DNA from: Caecitellus pseudoparvulus
Lineage: Eukaryota > Protista > Bigyra: Bicosoecida
Direction: 5' to 3'
Assembly (NCBI GenBank): GCA_965644315.1
Contig: CBFFRQ010000164.1
Location: forward strand, 1-52,230
DNA: 52,230 bases
Part shown: in pieces, positions 50,397 through 52,230 of the stretch
Layout of the letters: each line of letters begins with the position of its first letter
Position numbering within the stretch: the stretch's first letter is position 1
The notes under the pieces: model-generated
The model's database searches: none
Told to the model about the DNA's origin: nothing
The model's input: the letters and a program-made list of their open reading frames with translations, nothing else
Translations under genes and position numbers: made by a program

Positions 50397-52230
50397 TAGG
50401 GTTAGGGTAAGGTTAGGTTAGGGTTAGGTTAGGGTTAGGGTTAGGGTTAGGGTTAGGGTTAGGGTTAGGGTTAGGGTTAGGGTTAGGGTTAGGGTTAGGG
50501 TTAGGGTTAGGGTTAGGGTTAGGGTTAGGGTTAGGGTTAGGGTTAGGGTTAGGGTTAGGGTTAGGGTTAGGGTTAGGGTTAGGGTTAGGGTTAGGGTTAG
50601 GGTTAGGGTTAGGGTTAGGGTTAGGGTTAGGGTTAGGGTTAGGGTTAGGGTTAGGGTTAGGGTTAGGGTTAGGGTTAGGGTTAGGGTTAGGGTTAGGGTT
50701 AGGGTTAGGGTTAGGGTTAGGGTTAGGGTTAGGGTTAGGGTTAGGGTTAGGGTTAGGGTTAGGGTTAGGGTTAGGGTTAGGGTTAGGGTTAGGGTTAGGG
50801 TTAGGGTTAGGGTTAGGGTTAGGGTTAGGGTTAGGGTTAGGGTTAGGGTTAGGGTTAGGGTTAGGGTTAGGGTTAGGGTTAGGGTTAGGGTTAGGGTTAG
50901 GGTTAGGGTTAGGGTTAGGGTTAGGGTTAGGGTTAGGGTTAGGGTTAGGGTTAGGGTTAGGGTTAGGGTTAGGGTTAGGGTTAGGGTTAGGGTTAGGGTT
51001 AGGGTTAGGGTTAGGGTTAGGGTTAGGGTTAGGGTTAGGGTTAGGGTTAGGGTTAGGGTTAGGGTTAGGGTTAGGGTTAGGGTTAGGGTTAGGGTTAGGG
51101 TTAGGGTTAGGGTTAGGGTTAGGGTTAGGGTTAGGGTTAGGGTTAGGGTTAGGGTTAGGGTTAGGGTTAGGGTTAGGGTTAGGGTTAGGGTTAGGGTTAG
51201 GGTTAGGGTTAGGGTTAGGGTTAGGGTTAGGGTTAGGGTTAGGGTTAGGGTTAGGGTTAGGGTTAGGGTTAGGGTTAGGGTTAGGGTTAGGGTTAGGGTT
51301 AGGGTTAGGGTTAGGGTTAGGGTTAGGGTTAGGGTTAGGGTTAGGGTTAGGGTTAGGGTTAGGGTTAGGGTTAGGGTTAGGGTTAGGGTTAGGGTTAGGG
51401 TTAGGGTTAGGGTTAGGGTTAGGGTTAGGGTTAGGGTTAGGGTTAGGGTTAGGGTTAGGGTTAGGGTTAGGGTTAGGGTTAGGGTTAGGGTTAGGGTTAG
51501 GGTTAGGGTTAGGGTTAGGGTTAGGGTTAGGGTTAGGGTTAGGGTTAGGGTTAGGGTTAGGGTTAGGGTTAGGGTTAGGGTTAGGGTTAGGGTTAGGGTT
51601 AGGGTTAGGGTTAGGGTTAGGGTTAGGGTTAGGGTTAGGGTTAGGGTTAGGGTTAGGGTTAGGGTTAGGGTTAGGGTTAGGGTTAGGGTTAGGGTTAGGG
51701 TTAGGGTTAGGGTTAGGGTTAGGGTTAGGGTTAGGGTTAGGGTTAGGGTTAGGGTTAGGGTTAGGGTTAGGGTTAGGGTTAGGGTTAGGGTTAGGGTTAG
51801 GGTTAGGGTTAGGGTTAGGGTTAGGGTTAGGGTTAGGGTTAGGGTTAGGGTTAGGGTTAGGGTTAGGGTTAGGGTTAGGGTTAGGGTTAGGGTTAGGGTT
51901 AGGGTTAGGGTTAGGGTTAGGGTTAGGGTTAGGGTTAGGGTTAGGGTTAGGGTTAGGGTTAGGGTTAGGGTTAGGGTTAGGGTTAGGGTTAGGGTTAGGG
52001 TTAGGGTTAGGGTTAGGGTTAGGGTTAGGGTTAGGGTTAGGGTTAGGGTTAGGGTTAGGGTTAGGGTTAGGGTTAGGGTTAGGGTTAGGGTTAGGGTTAG
52101 GGTTAGGGTTAGGGTTAGGGTTAGGGTTAGGGTTAGGGTTAGGGTTAGGGTTAGGGTTAGGGTTAGGGTTAGGGTTAGGGTTAGGGTTAGGGTTAGGGTT
52201 AGGGTTAGGGTTAGGGTTAGGGTTAGGGTT
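50397..52230 (+). repeat. Telomere, (TTAGGG)n, ~1.83 kb, ~300 perfect units
   Basis: G-rich strand runs 5'->3' to the end of the window. Repeats are perfect from 50429 and are preceded by the variant units TAGGG TTAGGG TAAGG TTAGG TTAGGG TTAGG (50397-50428). Confidence 0.99.

Overview
Right-hand end of a eukaryotic chromosome, probably a protist (GT-AG introns, TTAGGG telomere; the organism cannot be named from sequence alone). Left to right: (1) A giant spliced minus-strand gene, probable start 27716, running off the left edge. Four introns can be reconstructed. It encodes a predicted secreted or surface protein with an N-terminus resembling Dictyostelium Sib adhesins, then cadherin-like and IPT/TIG-like modules, then about 24.4 near-identical 978-bp (326-aa) beta-sandwich repeats, for more than 9,000 aa in the window. 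Eight repeats carry the same -2 shortening of a C8 run. (2) About 2.3 kb of divergent intergenic DNA. (3) A single ~17.5-kb plus-strand ORF (~5,800 aa): signal peptide, ~284 copies of a 42-bp Ser/Thr-rich mucin-like repeat, beta-rich and Cys-rich ectodomain, and a ~9-TM C-terminus. (4) A 5'-truncated non-LTR retrotransposon (RT motifs QG..LSP/YADD/YLG plus a CCHC knuckle) with its 3' end towards the centromere. Its RT domain is cut and fused directly, via a few variant repeats, to (5) a ~1.8-kb TTAGGG telomere. Most other ORFs in the track are antisense or shadow frames of the repeats. Family assignments come from motif recognition by eye, not database searches.
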